From a virus: DNA of 52,467 nucleotides. Of the stretch, positions 1-7,286 are shown one piece after another. The stretch spans positions 1 through 52,467 of the IMG/VR virus record IMGVR_UViG_3300020215_000009; one strand, written 5' to 3'. How positions within the stretch are numbered: the first letter of the stretch is position 1; each line of letters opens with the position of its first letter. Below the pieces are notes generated by a model. That model saw only the letters and a list, made by a program, of their open reading frames with translations, did not search any database and had not been told where the DNA came from. Made by a program: the position numbers and the translations under genes.

Positions 1-127
1 GGCGGTTCAAGCGCGATCACGTCCGCCAGCATCTTCGCCACGCCTAGGAGCCGTTCGCGTTCGGCGTCGGCAACTGCTATGTCTGCCGGTCCGCTCTTGG
101 GGCTGGAGTGCTTGGCGTGACAGCGAC
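1..127. repeat. Terminal overlap identical to 52341..52467 (circular assembly closure; unique length 52,340 nt)
   Basis: Base-by-base comparison: ggcggttcaagcgcgatcac...cttggcgtgacagcgac occurs at both window ends. Confidence 0.95.
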
Positions 128-473
128 GGTGGCCTGGCAGGATCGCGTCCTGCAATCCGCCGGCTCCGCGAGTCCTGATGTGGCACGGGTCGCTTTGCCT
201 GAAGTGTCCGACGTACTCTCGCCAGCGCTCCACCGTGCGGAGCATTGCCAGCGGGGTGGCGTAGGATTCGGGGCAGTGCCAAAAGCACGGAAGCGCGTGA
301 TAGAGCGCGTGCGTCTCCTCGTCTCCGAATTGGTCTCGCCGCAGATCTGCCCGCCGCTCGGGATTGGAGCGCAGACTCTTCCCTGCCGCGAGCGTCGAGT
401 TGTGCGCACGCCGCTTCTTCTTCGGCTTCGGGCGCCCGCACTGGCGCTCTTTGCTGAAGGGCTTAATCGGCAT
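1..473 (-). CDS. 5' part of a 219-codon gene split by the window ends (continues 52340->52154); putative DUF968/NinG-like HNH-type nuclease
   Basis: ATG 473-471, 3 nt after the TAA of 477..797. Frame is open to nt 1 (checked codon by codon; third positions mostly G/C). It joins in frame with ORF 52154..52381 through the 127-nt overlap. Motif DPCHIRTRGAGG..LPGHRRCHAKH. Absent from the ORF track because it runs off the window. Confidence 0.6.
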   Translation of the reverse strand, partial: MPIKPFSKERQCGRPKPKKKRRAHNSTLAAGKSLRSNPERRADLRRDQFGDEETHALYHALPCFWHCPESYATPLAMLRTVERWREYVGHFRQSDPCHIRTRGAGGLQDAILPGHRRCHAKHSSPKSGPADIAVADAERERLLGVAKMLADVIALEP

Positions 474-476
474 GGG

Positions 477-797
477 TTAGAACGGCTCCCCGACTTCTTG
501 GTCATCGTCTCCATCATCCCACGCGTCCGGTTGTGCCCAAACTTCTAGCGCGTCCAGGCGGGACTCGCACGATGGATACATTTGCTCTGGACAAGCTCCG
601 AATTCGTCCAGCAGAGCTCCGCAAGAGCAATCCAGGTCGTCGCACGGGCTCAGGTGCTCCGGTGGGGACGGATCATCGGGAAGGCGCGCGACCGGCGCGT
701 CGGTGGCGAAATGGAAACCGCTACGGTGGTCGGTCCACACGCCGCACCAGGAGCACCACTCAACGCCGGGAACAGTTTCAGCGATTTGGTCGGTCAC
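477..797 (-). CDS. hypothetical protein (106 aa, Cys-rich, acidic C-terminus)
   Basis: Track ORF 477..896 trimmed to GTG 797, which overlaps the stop of 794..1102 (GTGA coupling). Confidence 0.55.
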   Translation of the reverse strand: MTDQIAETVPGVEWCSWCGVWTDHRSGFHFATDAPVARLPDDPSPPEHLSPCDDLDCSCGALLDEFGACPEQMYPSCESRLDALEVWAQPDAWDDGDDDQEVGEPF

Positions 798-1102
798 GGC
801 TCTACCTTCTTTCCCATGCGAGCCAGTAACGAGTCCACCCAGTCGGACAGCGTGGGGTGAGTGCCGTTCGGCGTCAGCAGCCAGTGATCGGACCACTCTC
901 CGCTTTTGATCCGTTCAGCGCACAACTCCAGTGCGTCCGCCAATTCCTCGCGCGTCGGTCCGTCGTGCTCTGGCACCGGAAGGTCGGGGAAGGCACCGAC
1001 GATCCTCTGCCAGTCGCCGGGCATCTGCTCCATGCTCCACCCTCTGCCTGCCAAGGCTTCGTGCGCTTTGTTCATGCTCTCGGAAAAGAGGTTTTCAGGC
1101 AT
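794..1102 (-). CDS. hypothetical protein (102 aa)
   Basis: Track ORF; globular-looking composition; tightly packed in the leftward operon. Confidence 0.65.
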   Translation of the reverse strand: MPENLFSESMNKAHEALAGRGWSMEQMPGDWQRIVGAFPDLPVPEHDGPTREELADALELCAERIKSGEWSDHWLLTPNGTHPTLSDWVDSLLARMGKKVEP

Positions 1103-1105
1103 CGT

Positions 1106-1564
1106 TTAACCGCCGACGATGAAGACACCGGAGCGCGGACCAAAGGTCACGTTTTGCCGGTCCTTCATGTTGGGGAACGTCGCGAGCGGACCATCTCCCG
1201 GATCATCTTCGTCGCACGGCAGGCCGTAGCAGTCCGCGTCAGGATTAACCGGATACCAACGCTCGGGATGCCCCGCCGCCTGCCAAACCTTTCCTCCGTC
1301 CCACGCGTATACGCAGTCGGTAAGGCGAGAGTCTTCCCACGGCCACGGCCAGCCACCTTCGGGCAGGGTCGCATCGCTACGGCCAGCAAGAAACTCCGCC
1401 ACCCACTTGCGCCAGTCGGCTTCGTTCAGTGTCACCGCACTGTCCAGCATCAGTTCAGCACCCTCGAAGACGCCGGACGGGTATCCATCCCATGCGATGC
1501 TCCCCAGCCATTCGGCGCTGTCGCCGCGCCCGCTGTAGAAGTCTGCTCTAGTTCCCATTGTCAC
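1106..1564 (-). CDS. hypothetical protein (152 aa, Trp-rich)
   Basis: Track ORF; 4-nt start/stop overlap with the upstream gene. Confidence 0.65.
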   Translation of the reverse strand: MTMGTRADFYSGRGDSAEWLGSIAWDGYPSGVFEGAELMLDSAVTLNEADWRKWVAEFLAGRSDATLPEGGWPWPWEDSRLTDCVYAWDGGKVWQAAGHPERWYPVNPDADCYGLPCDEDDPGDGPLATFPNMKDRQNVTFGPRSGVFIVGG

Positions 1565-1767
1565 ACCTCGACTCCAGCGTTCTTAAGGAATGTTCCGATC
1601 AGCCCGTAGGCTTCACGGAGCGACGCCAGCACCTTGGGATCGTCGGACAAATGGAACGAGACCGGACGCACTCCCTGAATCATGTTCAGCCGCCCGCTGT
1701 CTTCGCGGATGGTGACAACAATCCAGTCTCCTTCGCTATCCACGACTTTTGCGCGCCGGTCTGGCAT
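1561..1767 (-). CDS. hypothetical protein (68 aa)
   Basis: Track ORF 1561..1905 trimmed to ATG 1767 (MPDRRAKV...) preceded by gggagagggtgagacg; the longer form would overlap 1796..2347. Confidence 0.55.
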   Translation of the reverse strand: MPDRRAKVVDSEGDWIVVTIREDSGRLNMIQGVRPVSFHLSDDPKVLASLREAYGLIGTFLKNAGVEV

Positions 1768-1795
1768 CGTCTCACCCTCTCCCGTTGCTGGCGAT

Positions 1796-2347
1796 TCAAG
1801 GGCGGAACGTCCCACCGTTGTCGATGATGTTCTGCATGATCGCGCGCAGTTTTTGGTCAGCGTTCTTGAATCGTTCTCCAAAAGCAAGGGCTCGCTCCGC
1901 AGCAACTTCGCTTACGCGCGAATTCTCCCTCCACGCGAAATCCATTTCTCCCTCAAATGCAGTCTCCATCAAACGCCGCTGCTCAACGGGAAAAAACATG
2001 GCCACATACTCATACGTATTCACCCGATGCATGGGCACCTGGGGGGCACGGTCGAAAAGCCTCATGCCGGCAATCATGGCCGAGCCCAAGGCGCAAACGT
2101 CGCAGGTAGGAAGATAGTCCGCCGTTTCCTGAGCCTCCGCTTCATATCGGTAATCATCGTCCGTGTCGAAGTATACGGACTCGGCACGGAATTTCCGCGC
2201 CTTCAACAGATCCAGTACCTCCCAGGCAATTGCTACGCGCCGTTCGGCCGCCGATAGTTTTCGGAAGCGTGCGTTGCGGTCAGCGATCTTCTCTTCCAGT
2301 TCGGCGCGGGTCCAAACCTTCACCGGTGCGACCGCAGTCTTGCTCAC
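1796..2347 (-). CDS. hypothetical protein (183 aa)
   Basis: Track ORF; protein-like composition; start overlaps the stop of the XRE gene by 4 nt. Confidence 0.65.
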   Translation of the reverse strand: MSKTAVAPVKVWTRAELEEKIADRNARFRKLSAAERRVAIAWEVLDLLKARKFRAESVYFDTDDDYRYEAEAQETADYLPTCDVCALGSAMIAGMRLFDRAPQVPMHRVNTYEYVAMFFPVEQRRLMETAFEGEMDFAWRENSRVSEVAAERALAFGERFKNADQKLRAIMQNIIDNGGTFRP

Positions 2348-2553
2348 AAATCTCTCCCGGTCAAATAGTCGGTGCTGGTGCAGAGCACGTCGGCCAGCGC
2401 AACCAGCGTCTCATATGAGGGCAAATGCCGGTCGCTCTCCAGCTGCGAGACGGCGGCCTGCGTCAGATCGAGACTCGTAGCAAGGTCCGTCTGCGTCATC
2501 CCTAGCGACTCTCTGAGCCCCCGAATCCGGCTCCCTAACGTTTCTTTCCTCAA
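2344..2553 (-). CDS. XRE-family helix-turn-helix transcriptional regulator (69 aa), first gene of the long leftward operon
   Basis: LGSRIRGLRESLGMTQTDLATSLDLTQAAVSQLE is a classic XRE HTH; TTG start with GGAG 8 nt upstream. Confidence 0.8.
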   Translation of the reverse strand: MRKETLGSRIRGLRESLGMTQTDLATSLDLTQAAVSQLESDRHLPSYETLVALADVLCTSTDYLTGRDL

Positions 2554-2584
2554 CGCTCACGCTCCGTGTGAATCATCCGCCCTT

Positions 2585-2613
2585 ATATTAGCCAGTCTTC
2601 TAAATCTGCGCAA
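2585..2613 (-). promoter_or_regulatory. Sigma70-like promoter for the XRE gene 2553: TTGCGC-N17-TAATAT
   Basis: -35 = complement of 2608-2613, -10 = complement of 2585-2590, exact 17-nt spacer, in an AT-rich island. Confidence 0.45.
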
Positions 2614-2634
2614 GCCTCTCGGTCGGGACCTTCC

Positions 2635-2850
2635 GTGGCACCTGTCCCGCGTGTACGTTTCTGGTCTATGGAGACGAAGCCCATCAACCCGCGCAGGGTC
2701 CGCTACACGCAGGCGTACGTCGCCCGCCGCCGCGCCACGGCCGAGCGGAAGCGTCAGGCTGCGCATGCCGCAGAGCGAGCGGTGGCCGTGCTCTCGTTGG
2801 GAGAGGACGTCGCATGGAGGCGCTGGCAGCAGCACGACGTCGAATCATAG
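2635..2850 (+). CDS. hypothetical basic protein (71 aa; alternative ATG at 2668), divergent from the XRE gene
   Basis: Track ORF; GTG start; followed by hairpins; weak RBS. Confidence 0.4.
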   Translation: MAPVPRVRFWSMETKPINPRRVRYTQAYVARRRATAERKRQAAHAAERAVAVLSLGEDVAWRRWQQHDVES

Positions 2851-2963
2851 GGAAGTTATCCAGGCGGTTGATAACTTCCAAACGACGATGCGGCGGCATC
2901 CTGAGTGGAGCCGCCGCTTCTGCGTGAGTGGGGCACGGAGAGGCGGGATCTCCCCTTCCCGCC
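2851..2963. terminator. Three GC-rich hairpins between convergent genes (2851-2860/2870-2879; 2890-2897/2910-2917; 2942-2948/2957-2963)
   Basis: Perfect 10-, 8- and 7-bp stems read from the sequence; only a short T tract (ttct) after the second. Confidence 0.4.
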
Positions 2964-3029
2964 ACGGGCACTCAGCCGCAGCCACAAGCACCGTCTGAGA
3001 TTTGAGCTTAGCCCCGTCCGCCGGTCTCT

Positions 3030-3386
3030 CTATCCGACGCTTGGCCCCTGTTCTTCCTGCTCTATCCACATGCGGGCGAGCATCCTTGCACCATCCGTCC
3101 CGTCCCGCTCTGCCCATGCAAAGTGCTCTCGCGCGTACTCCAACCCCGTTTTCTCGGGAAATGCCAGCGGCAAGCCCGCTTCTCGCCTCAGTTCTTCCAG
3201 GGCGTACTCAGGAACGGTGTGCCCCGCAGCGCGGTGCTCCATCAGATGCTCAATCATCTCTTCGGGAGTCTGCACCGTGAAGCCAGGCGGATGATCGGGC
3301 AGTTTGCAGCCGCAGCATTCGATTCCTCGCTCGCTCTCAAACACGTACACGTCGGAACCGTCCCACCAAAAGCGACAGTAGCTCAT
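3030..3386 (-). CDS. hypothetical protein (118 aa)
   Basis: Track ORF; strong RBS aaaaagggggagggtATG; protein-like composition. Confidence 0.7.
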   Translation of the reverse strand: MSYCRFWWDGSDVYVFESERGIECCGCKLPDHPPGFTVQTPEEMIEHLMEHRAAGHTVPEYALEELRREAGLPLAFPEKTGLEYAREHFAWAERDGTDGARMLARMWIEQEEQGPSVG

Positions 3387-3521
3387 ACCCTCCCCCTTTT
3401 TTTCTTTGATCGTCCCGTCCTGCGCTCCCTGCCCCTGCGCGCTTCATGGTCCCCCGCTCTGAGGTGAGCGGATGGGATTCTCTTGAACAGGGACGGGGAG
3501 ACGCAGAACGGAATTCAGTGT

Positions 3522-3606
3522 GCGGGTAAGGGCTACGCGAGCGCCGCGGCTGGCTGTCTGCATGTGGTCCCTCGCGACTAACCGTCTTCGCGTAGCCCTT
3601 ACCCGC
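3522..3606. repeat. Perfect 19-bp inverted repeat gcgggtaagggctacgcga / tcgcgtagcccttacccgc with a 47-nt spacer
   Basis: 3522-3540 is the exact reverse complement of 3588-3606. Confidence 0.9.
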
Positions 3607-3953
3607 TCATGTGGTGCGGACGCCCCGTGTACTTGAGGGCGCCGGGATCAGCGCCAACCGTCGCAGATCGGGATCAGAGGTCCCGCGCTTCGGCCAACTC
3701 CCCCGATGGACAACGTTGCCGCTCTCGCGGTCGGTATCCACCCGCTTCATCTGCTGTGGGACCGAATGCAGGCCGGGCTTGATACCGGCTGGCGGCGTGG
3801 GCTGGTGCCTGGTACTGCGCGCGCTCCCGAGCGGTGCTGCCCCGCTCTTGTGGATCATCCTGCCTTAGACGCCACGACTTGCTCTCGCGCGCGGGGGTCG
3901 CCGCCCCTCACTGTCTTCGCACGTCCTTCCGTGCCGCTACATCCGATCCCTCA

Positions 3954-4025
3954 CAACGCAGTCCCGAATCGAACGGGAGTCCTCCGGCGTCCCGGCGCTC
4001 GCCTTCCACACAAGCTTCCTGCGCT
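3954..4025 (-). other. tRNA-like element (72 nt): canonical T arm plus pairable acceptor stem, non-canonical D and anticodon arms
   Basis: Minus strand reads AGCGCAG...GGAC TCCCG TTCGATT CGGGA CTGCGTT G. All 7 acceptor pairs form (one G-U). No 5-bp/7-nt anticodon hairpin. Confidence 0.4.
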
Positions 4026-4441
4026 ACCGCGTGCACGTGCCTGCGCTATGACGCTCCCCCGCCGCAAGATGAGGATTCAGGGGCGGGACGTGGCAGGCTA
4101 CCGACTGTAGGTGGTCTCCACCGCTCGCGCACGCCCGAAGGTCTAGCGCTTGCGGCTTCGTCGGCGTCCTCTCCACCTTGCACGCGAACCGACCAATGGG
4201 CCCGTAGGTGACCTCTACGGAGGCGGATCGAAAATCCGCGCGCCGGTTCTCTGCTTGGCTTATCGGCCTACGGGTCTTCACCGCCACCACCCTGCACGTT
4301 CCGGCTTGCGCTACTGTGGAGGCGTAAGGAGGCGCGCTGCATTTTGCTGACGGCCAGTCGGCGCCGAACGGCCTCAGGCCCCGTCTTGTTGCCGCCACCA
4401 TCCTTACGCCTCTCTTCTGGTGCGCTGCTGTGGAAGATGCC

Positions 4442-4645
4442 TCATCCTGCGTCCGCGAGAAGGGCCGTCCCTAAGGCATCAGCAAATCGGTCCAGTTGAT
4501 CGACGGTCAGATTCTCCTTGCCGTTCTCGACGGCAGATATGTAGGGCACCGTCACCCCGAGCCGTTCGGCAAGTGCCTTCTGGCTCCACCCCTTCGCCTC
4601 TCTGCTTCGGCGGATGTTGGCCGCCAGCCGGTCGCGCGTCTTCAT
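4442..4645 (-). CDS. XRE-family HTH regulator (67 aa), repressor-like partner of early switch 1
   Basis: Track ORF 4442..4771 trimmed to ATG 4645; WSQKALAERLGVTVPYISAVENGK is an XRE HTH. Confidence 0.8.
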   Translation of the reverse strand: MKTRDRLAANIRRSREAKGWSQKALAERLGVTVPYISAVENGKENLTVDQLDRFADALGTALLADAG

Positions 4646-4652
4646 GGCTCCT

Positions 4653-4681
4653 ATCTTAATCTGTCGGCTGTCTTCACGCAA
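4653..4681 (-). promoter_or_regulatory. Promoter TTGCGT-N17-TAAGAT ending 7 nt before the ATG of the XRE gene (leaderless or near-leaderless mRNA)
   Basis: -35 = complement of 4676-4681, -10 = complement of 4653-4658, 17-nt spacer, 7 nt (4646-4652) to the ATG. Confidence 0.45.
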
Positions 4682-4685
4682 GGGG

Positions 4686-4714
4686 TTGACAGCGGGCGGA
4701 GAGGACCTTAAGTT
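4686..4714 (+). promoter_or_regulatory. Rightward early promoter TTGACA-N17-TAAGTT, back to back with the XRE promoter
   Basis: ttgaca 4686-4691, taagtt 4709-4714, 17-nt spacer; the two -35 boxes are 4 nt apart. Confidence 0.5.
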
Positions 4715-4810
4715 GTCAGGTGTAAAGCGGGGCGGCAAGAGATAGTTGGGGAACAAAGGCGTCCCAACCACCCGCTCCGCCGCTGAACCCTATTGAACGG
4801 AGAAAGAGCA

Positions 4811-5017
4811 GTGCTGCACCACGTCAACCGCTACGTCGAGACGGCAGACGGCAAGATCATCCTACTGGGAACCGAGCGCTCCACCCATAGCGTGCGGTTG
4901 GCCGAGACGCTCTGCGACTACTTCAACCGCGCGGCCGGGAACTCGATCAACACCGACGGCACCTTCCAGCGGACCAAGGGGCAGACGTTTTACATGATCG
5001 GAGACGTTCTCATCTGA
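4811..5017 (+). CDS. hypothetical protein (68 aa), first gene of the rightward operon
   Basis: Track ORF 4793..5017; GTG 4811 has GGAG 8 nt upstream. Confidence 0.55.
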   Translation: MLHHVNRYVETADGKIILLGTERSTHSVRLAETLCDYFNRAAGNSINTDGTFQRTKGQTFYMIGDVLI

Positions 5018-5100
5018 GAGAATGGACCTCCGAGGCAGGCGACAAGTGAGCGGTGCGAGTGCGTGAAGTCGGTTGCGCAGACCTGAGAGGAGAACGAGCG

Positions 5101-5325
5101 ATGCGGTTCTATCGAGTGCACGTGAGGAGTGAAGGCGGCTTGAGCGCTGGCTACCTCTGGTTCACGTCGCATAAGGATGCGTGGAAAGCCAAGCGTCAGC
5201 ACGATGCCCAAGCCGACGTCGAACTGGACCACGCCGACGATCCAGAAAGCGTTCAGATCGAACCGACGCGCGACGGAATTCTGAGCGCCCTTCGTGAATG
5301 GGCGAGCCACGCGGACAACGGCTGA
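5101..5325 (+). CDS. hypothetical protein (74 aa)
   Basis: Track ORF 5053..5325 trimmed to ATG 5101 after gagaggagaacgagcg. Confidence 0.6.
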   Translation: MRFYRVHVRSEGGLSAGYLWFTSHKDAWKAKRQHDAQADVELDHADDPESVQIEPTRDGILSALREWASHADNG

Positions 5326-5356
5326 CGCACGGGTCTCCCCGATAGAGGAGGAAACG

Positions 5357-5512
5357 ATGGAGACGGGGAAGTGGGCAGTGTTCCGCCACTCCGGCCGCGA
5401 TGGAACCGACTGGCGCTCGCTGTACGAGGGAAGCGAGGAAAAGGCCCGTACACGCTACTCCAAGGTGGTGGAGAGCCTTCGGCAGGGGCGGCGTCCGACT
5501 CCGCTCACCTGA
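5357..5512 (+). CDS. hypothetical protein (51 aa)
   Basis: Track ORF 5294..5512 trimmed to ATG 5357 after gaggaggaaacg. Confidence 0.5.
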   Translation: METGKWAVFRHSGRDGTDWRSLYEGSEEKARTRYSKVVESLRQGRRPTPLT

Positions 5513-5590
5513 TGGGGTGAACGTCTCCGCAATTTGGGCGCCGCGCCTGCGCACCCGCTGGTAAATCACTGACCTGAGAGGGCGGAGAAG

Positions 5591-5956
5591 ATGAGCGAGA
5601 CAATGGAGCGCACCGATCCTCGCGCATGGTTGAAGAACGTGCGTTCAGGACAGCCGATCATTTTGGACGACGAACAGGGCCGGCGCATCGCGACTGTGGA
5701 GCGGACGACCGCGACACAGATCATCGTGAATGGACATCGTTTCCGGCGCGAGGATGGTTTCCGCAAGGGAGATGTGTGGGCTCGGGCAATGCTGCGGGAG
5801 GCAACGCCGGAAAAGATCGCGGCTCTGAAAGCCGAACAGAAGCGCATCGGATTGGCGAAGCAGATGGAGCACCGCAACTGGCGCAAACTCCCTCTCGAAG
5901 TCTTGGAGGCCGTTGCCGCATTGCTGGAGAAGATGCAACTATCCACGGAAGACTGA
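5591..5956 (+). CDS. hypothetical protein (121 aa)
   Basis: Track ORF; RBS ggcggagaag; protein-like composition. Confidence 0.65.
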   Translation: MSETMERTDPRAWLKNVRSGQPIILDDEQGRRIATVERTTATQIIVNGHRFRREDGFRKGDVWARAMLREATPEKIAALKAEQKRIGLAKQMEHRNWRKLPLEVLEAVAALLEKMQLSTED

Positions 5957-5987
5957 GCGAGGCAGGCGCCACGGGAGCACGGTAACG

Positions 5988-6227
5988 ATGGAGACGCGCA
6001 CGAAGGAATGGGGCAGGTTGAGCCTTGACGAAGCCAGGGCTCGATTCAACGCTCAATGGGCAGCGGACCGCGACGGCAAGCCGCGCGTGGTTCTCCGCAA
6101 CGCAAGCACGCACTGGTTCGCCACCGAAGACGATTGGGCGCAGATACTTCTTGAGAACGGCGAGGTCGCCAAGAACAACATGGTAGTCGGCGCGCCGGTC
6201 TATCCCTGGTCGGAGCGTGCATCGTGA
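5988..6227 (+). CDS. hypothetical protein (79 aa)
   Basis: Track ORF 5913..6227 trimmed to ATG 5988 after gggagcacggtaacg. Confidence 0.6.
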   Translation: METRTKEWGRLSLDEARARFNAQWAADRDGKPRVVLRNASTHWFATEDDWAQILLENGEVAKNNMVVGAPVYPWSERAS

Positions 6228-6526
6228 ACATGCAGGACAGCTCTCCCGATCTTGAGCGGCACCTTCGTAGCTCGGCGATGGAAGCCGAAGAGCGGAAGGT
6301 AAGGATACCGGAGCGGCTGGAATTCACGCGCGCGTGGCCGTTGCCGTTCAAACGTGGCGAAGGATGGCAGGCCAACATCTATGCTGTGCCAGCAAACGAC
6401 GGTGATAGGGCCTTTGCGCTTGTTCTCGGTTTCACGCGGGAGGAAGCCGAAGTTCGTGCCGCGGAGTTGGTGCATCGTTGGAACGCGCTGGACCCGAGCG
6501 AGTTTGACCCGGATTGGGAGAGGTAG
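6224..6526 (+). CDS. hypothetical protein (100 aa)
   Basis: Track ORF; GTGA overlap with the previous stop. Confidence 0.6.
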   Translation: MNMQDSSPDLERHLRSSAMEAEERKVRIPERLEFTRAWPLPFKRGEGWQANIYAVPANDGDRAFALVLGFTREEAEVRAAELVHRWNALDPSEFDPDWER

Positions 6527-6528
6527 CG

Positions 6529-6702
6529 GTGAACAAGCGCAAACAGCCGTCGCGTCGTCCTCCGGGCGTGCACAAGATCGTGAAGGAGCACGTAGGACTC
6601 ACGAAGGGGTGGCCCGTGCACAATGAGCGGGAGGACGTAAAGATCCATCTCGCGCATGACGTGCTGGAGAGGATAAAACGCTACAAGGGGAGCGGATTGT
6701 GA
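6529..6702 (+). CDS. hypothetical protein (57 aa)
   Basis: Track ORF 6514..6702 trimmed to GTG 6529 after gggagagg. Confidence 0.5.
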   Translation: MNKRKQPSRRPPGVHKIVKEHVGLTKGWPVHNEREDVKIHLAHDVLERIKRYKGSGL

Positions 6703-6968
6703 CTGAGTGGACGCTGGACATCAAGAATCTCAAGGCGGGAGACGGCGAGCACTTCGCGCAGTGGACAACCGTGAAAGCCGGTCCATCTGCCGATTCGTGC
6801 AAGGACAAAGCGCGCGATCTGGCCCGCTGGACTCCCAGCCTAGCATTCCGCCTGTACGATCCGACCGGCATCCTTCACGCCGTGTGCATTCCCGGCACGC
6901 GGGCCAGAGCGCGCCTGCGCTGGGAGACTGATTGCGCGCACAAGCCGCGCGAGACGCTACCCCGATGA
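6699..6968 (+). CDS. hypothetical protein (89 aa)
   Basis: Track ORF; GTGA overlap. Confidence 0.55.
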   Translation: MTEWTLDIKNLKAGDGEHFAQWTTVKAGPSADSCKDKARDLARWTPSLAFRLYDPTGILHAVCIPGTRARARLRWETDCAHKPRETLPR

Positions 6969-7186
6969 ACCGTCTGCGCCGCTGGTGGTGCGCACTCCGC
7001 CGTCCACCCTGTTCAGCCAGAGGACACCGTCTCTCGCACTTCACATACGAGATGGACAAGGTGCTCTACATCGTGTACCGCTGGACGTGGTGCGGATGCC
7101 GGAAACGCGTGAGGGTAGACGATCAGGTGCCGCAGGCAGGGTTCAAGCGGGAGCCGAAGATGCGGGAGCGAGCCGCAGGGAGGTGA
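6965..7186 (+). CDS. hypothetical Cys/Trp-rich protein (73 aa)
   Basis: Track ORF 6932..7186 trimmed to ATG 6965 (ATGA overlap). Confidence 0.5.
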   Translation: MNRLRRWWCALRRPPCSARGHRLSHFTYEMDKVLYIVYRWTWCGCRKRVRVDDQVPQAGFKREPKMRERAAGR

Positions 7187-7286
7187 TGAAAGGTTTCCTT
7201 GCTAAAGAGCACTTCCTGACACTATCTTCCATGTGCATCCCGCCCCTCCCGATGCCCTTCCGGAAAATGCCCTCCACTCTGGACAC

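Larger units (their letters stand above)
3387..4441. other. ORF-free, hairpin-dense 1,055-nt region; candidate structured ncRNA(s), regulatory region or decayed integration module
   Basis: All track ORFs here translate to Arg/Pro/Ala-rich shadow sequence; multiple long stems (see repeat features). Confidence 0.5.

Noticed and set aside
1-127. Biological direct terminal repeat or LTR
   Set aside because: The 127-nt exact overlap falls in the middle of an ORF that is only complete when the ends are joined. This fits assembler circular closure, but cannot be proven without reads.
7-548. Track ORFs 7..441(-), 77..517(-), 108..548(+) and 245..457(+) at the left end
   Set aside because: All are Arg/Ala/Pro-rich shadow frames. 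The frame with strong third-position G/C bias and protein-like sequence is the untracked one (473->1), which continues across the circular junction.
3954-4025. Functional second tRNA gene
   Set aside because: The T arm and acceptor fold, but no canonical anticodon stem-loop or 4-bp D stem can be drawn. It is kept only as a tRNA-like element.
3387-4441. tmRNA, RNase P RNA, group II intron or CRISPR array in the large non-coding region
   Set aside because: The T-arm element has G70/U71/U72 instead of the U70-C-C needed for the Ala-identity G3-U70 pair. There is no plausible tag ORF ending in hydrophobic residues before a stop. No domain-V-like hairpin or GUGYG/AY boundaries were found. No spaced repeats of 25-40 nt are present.
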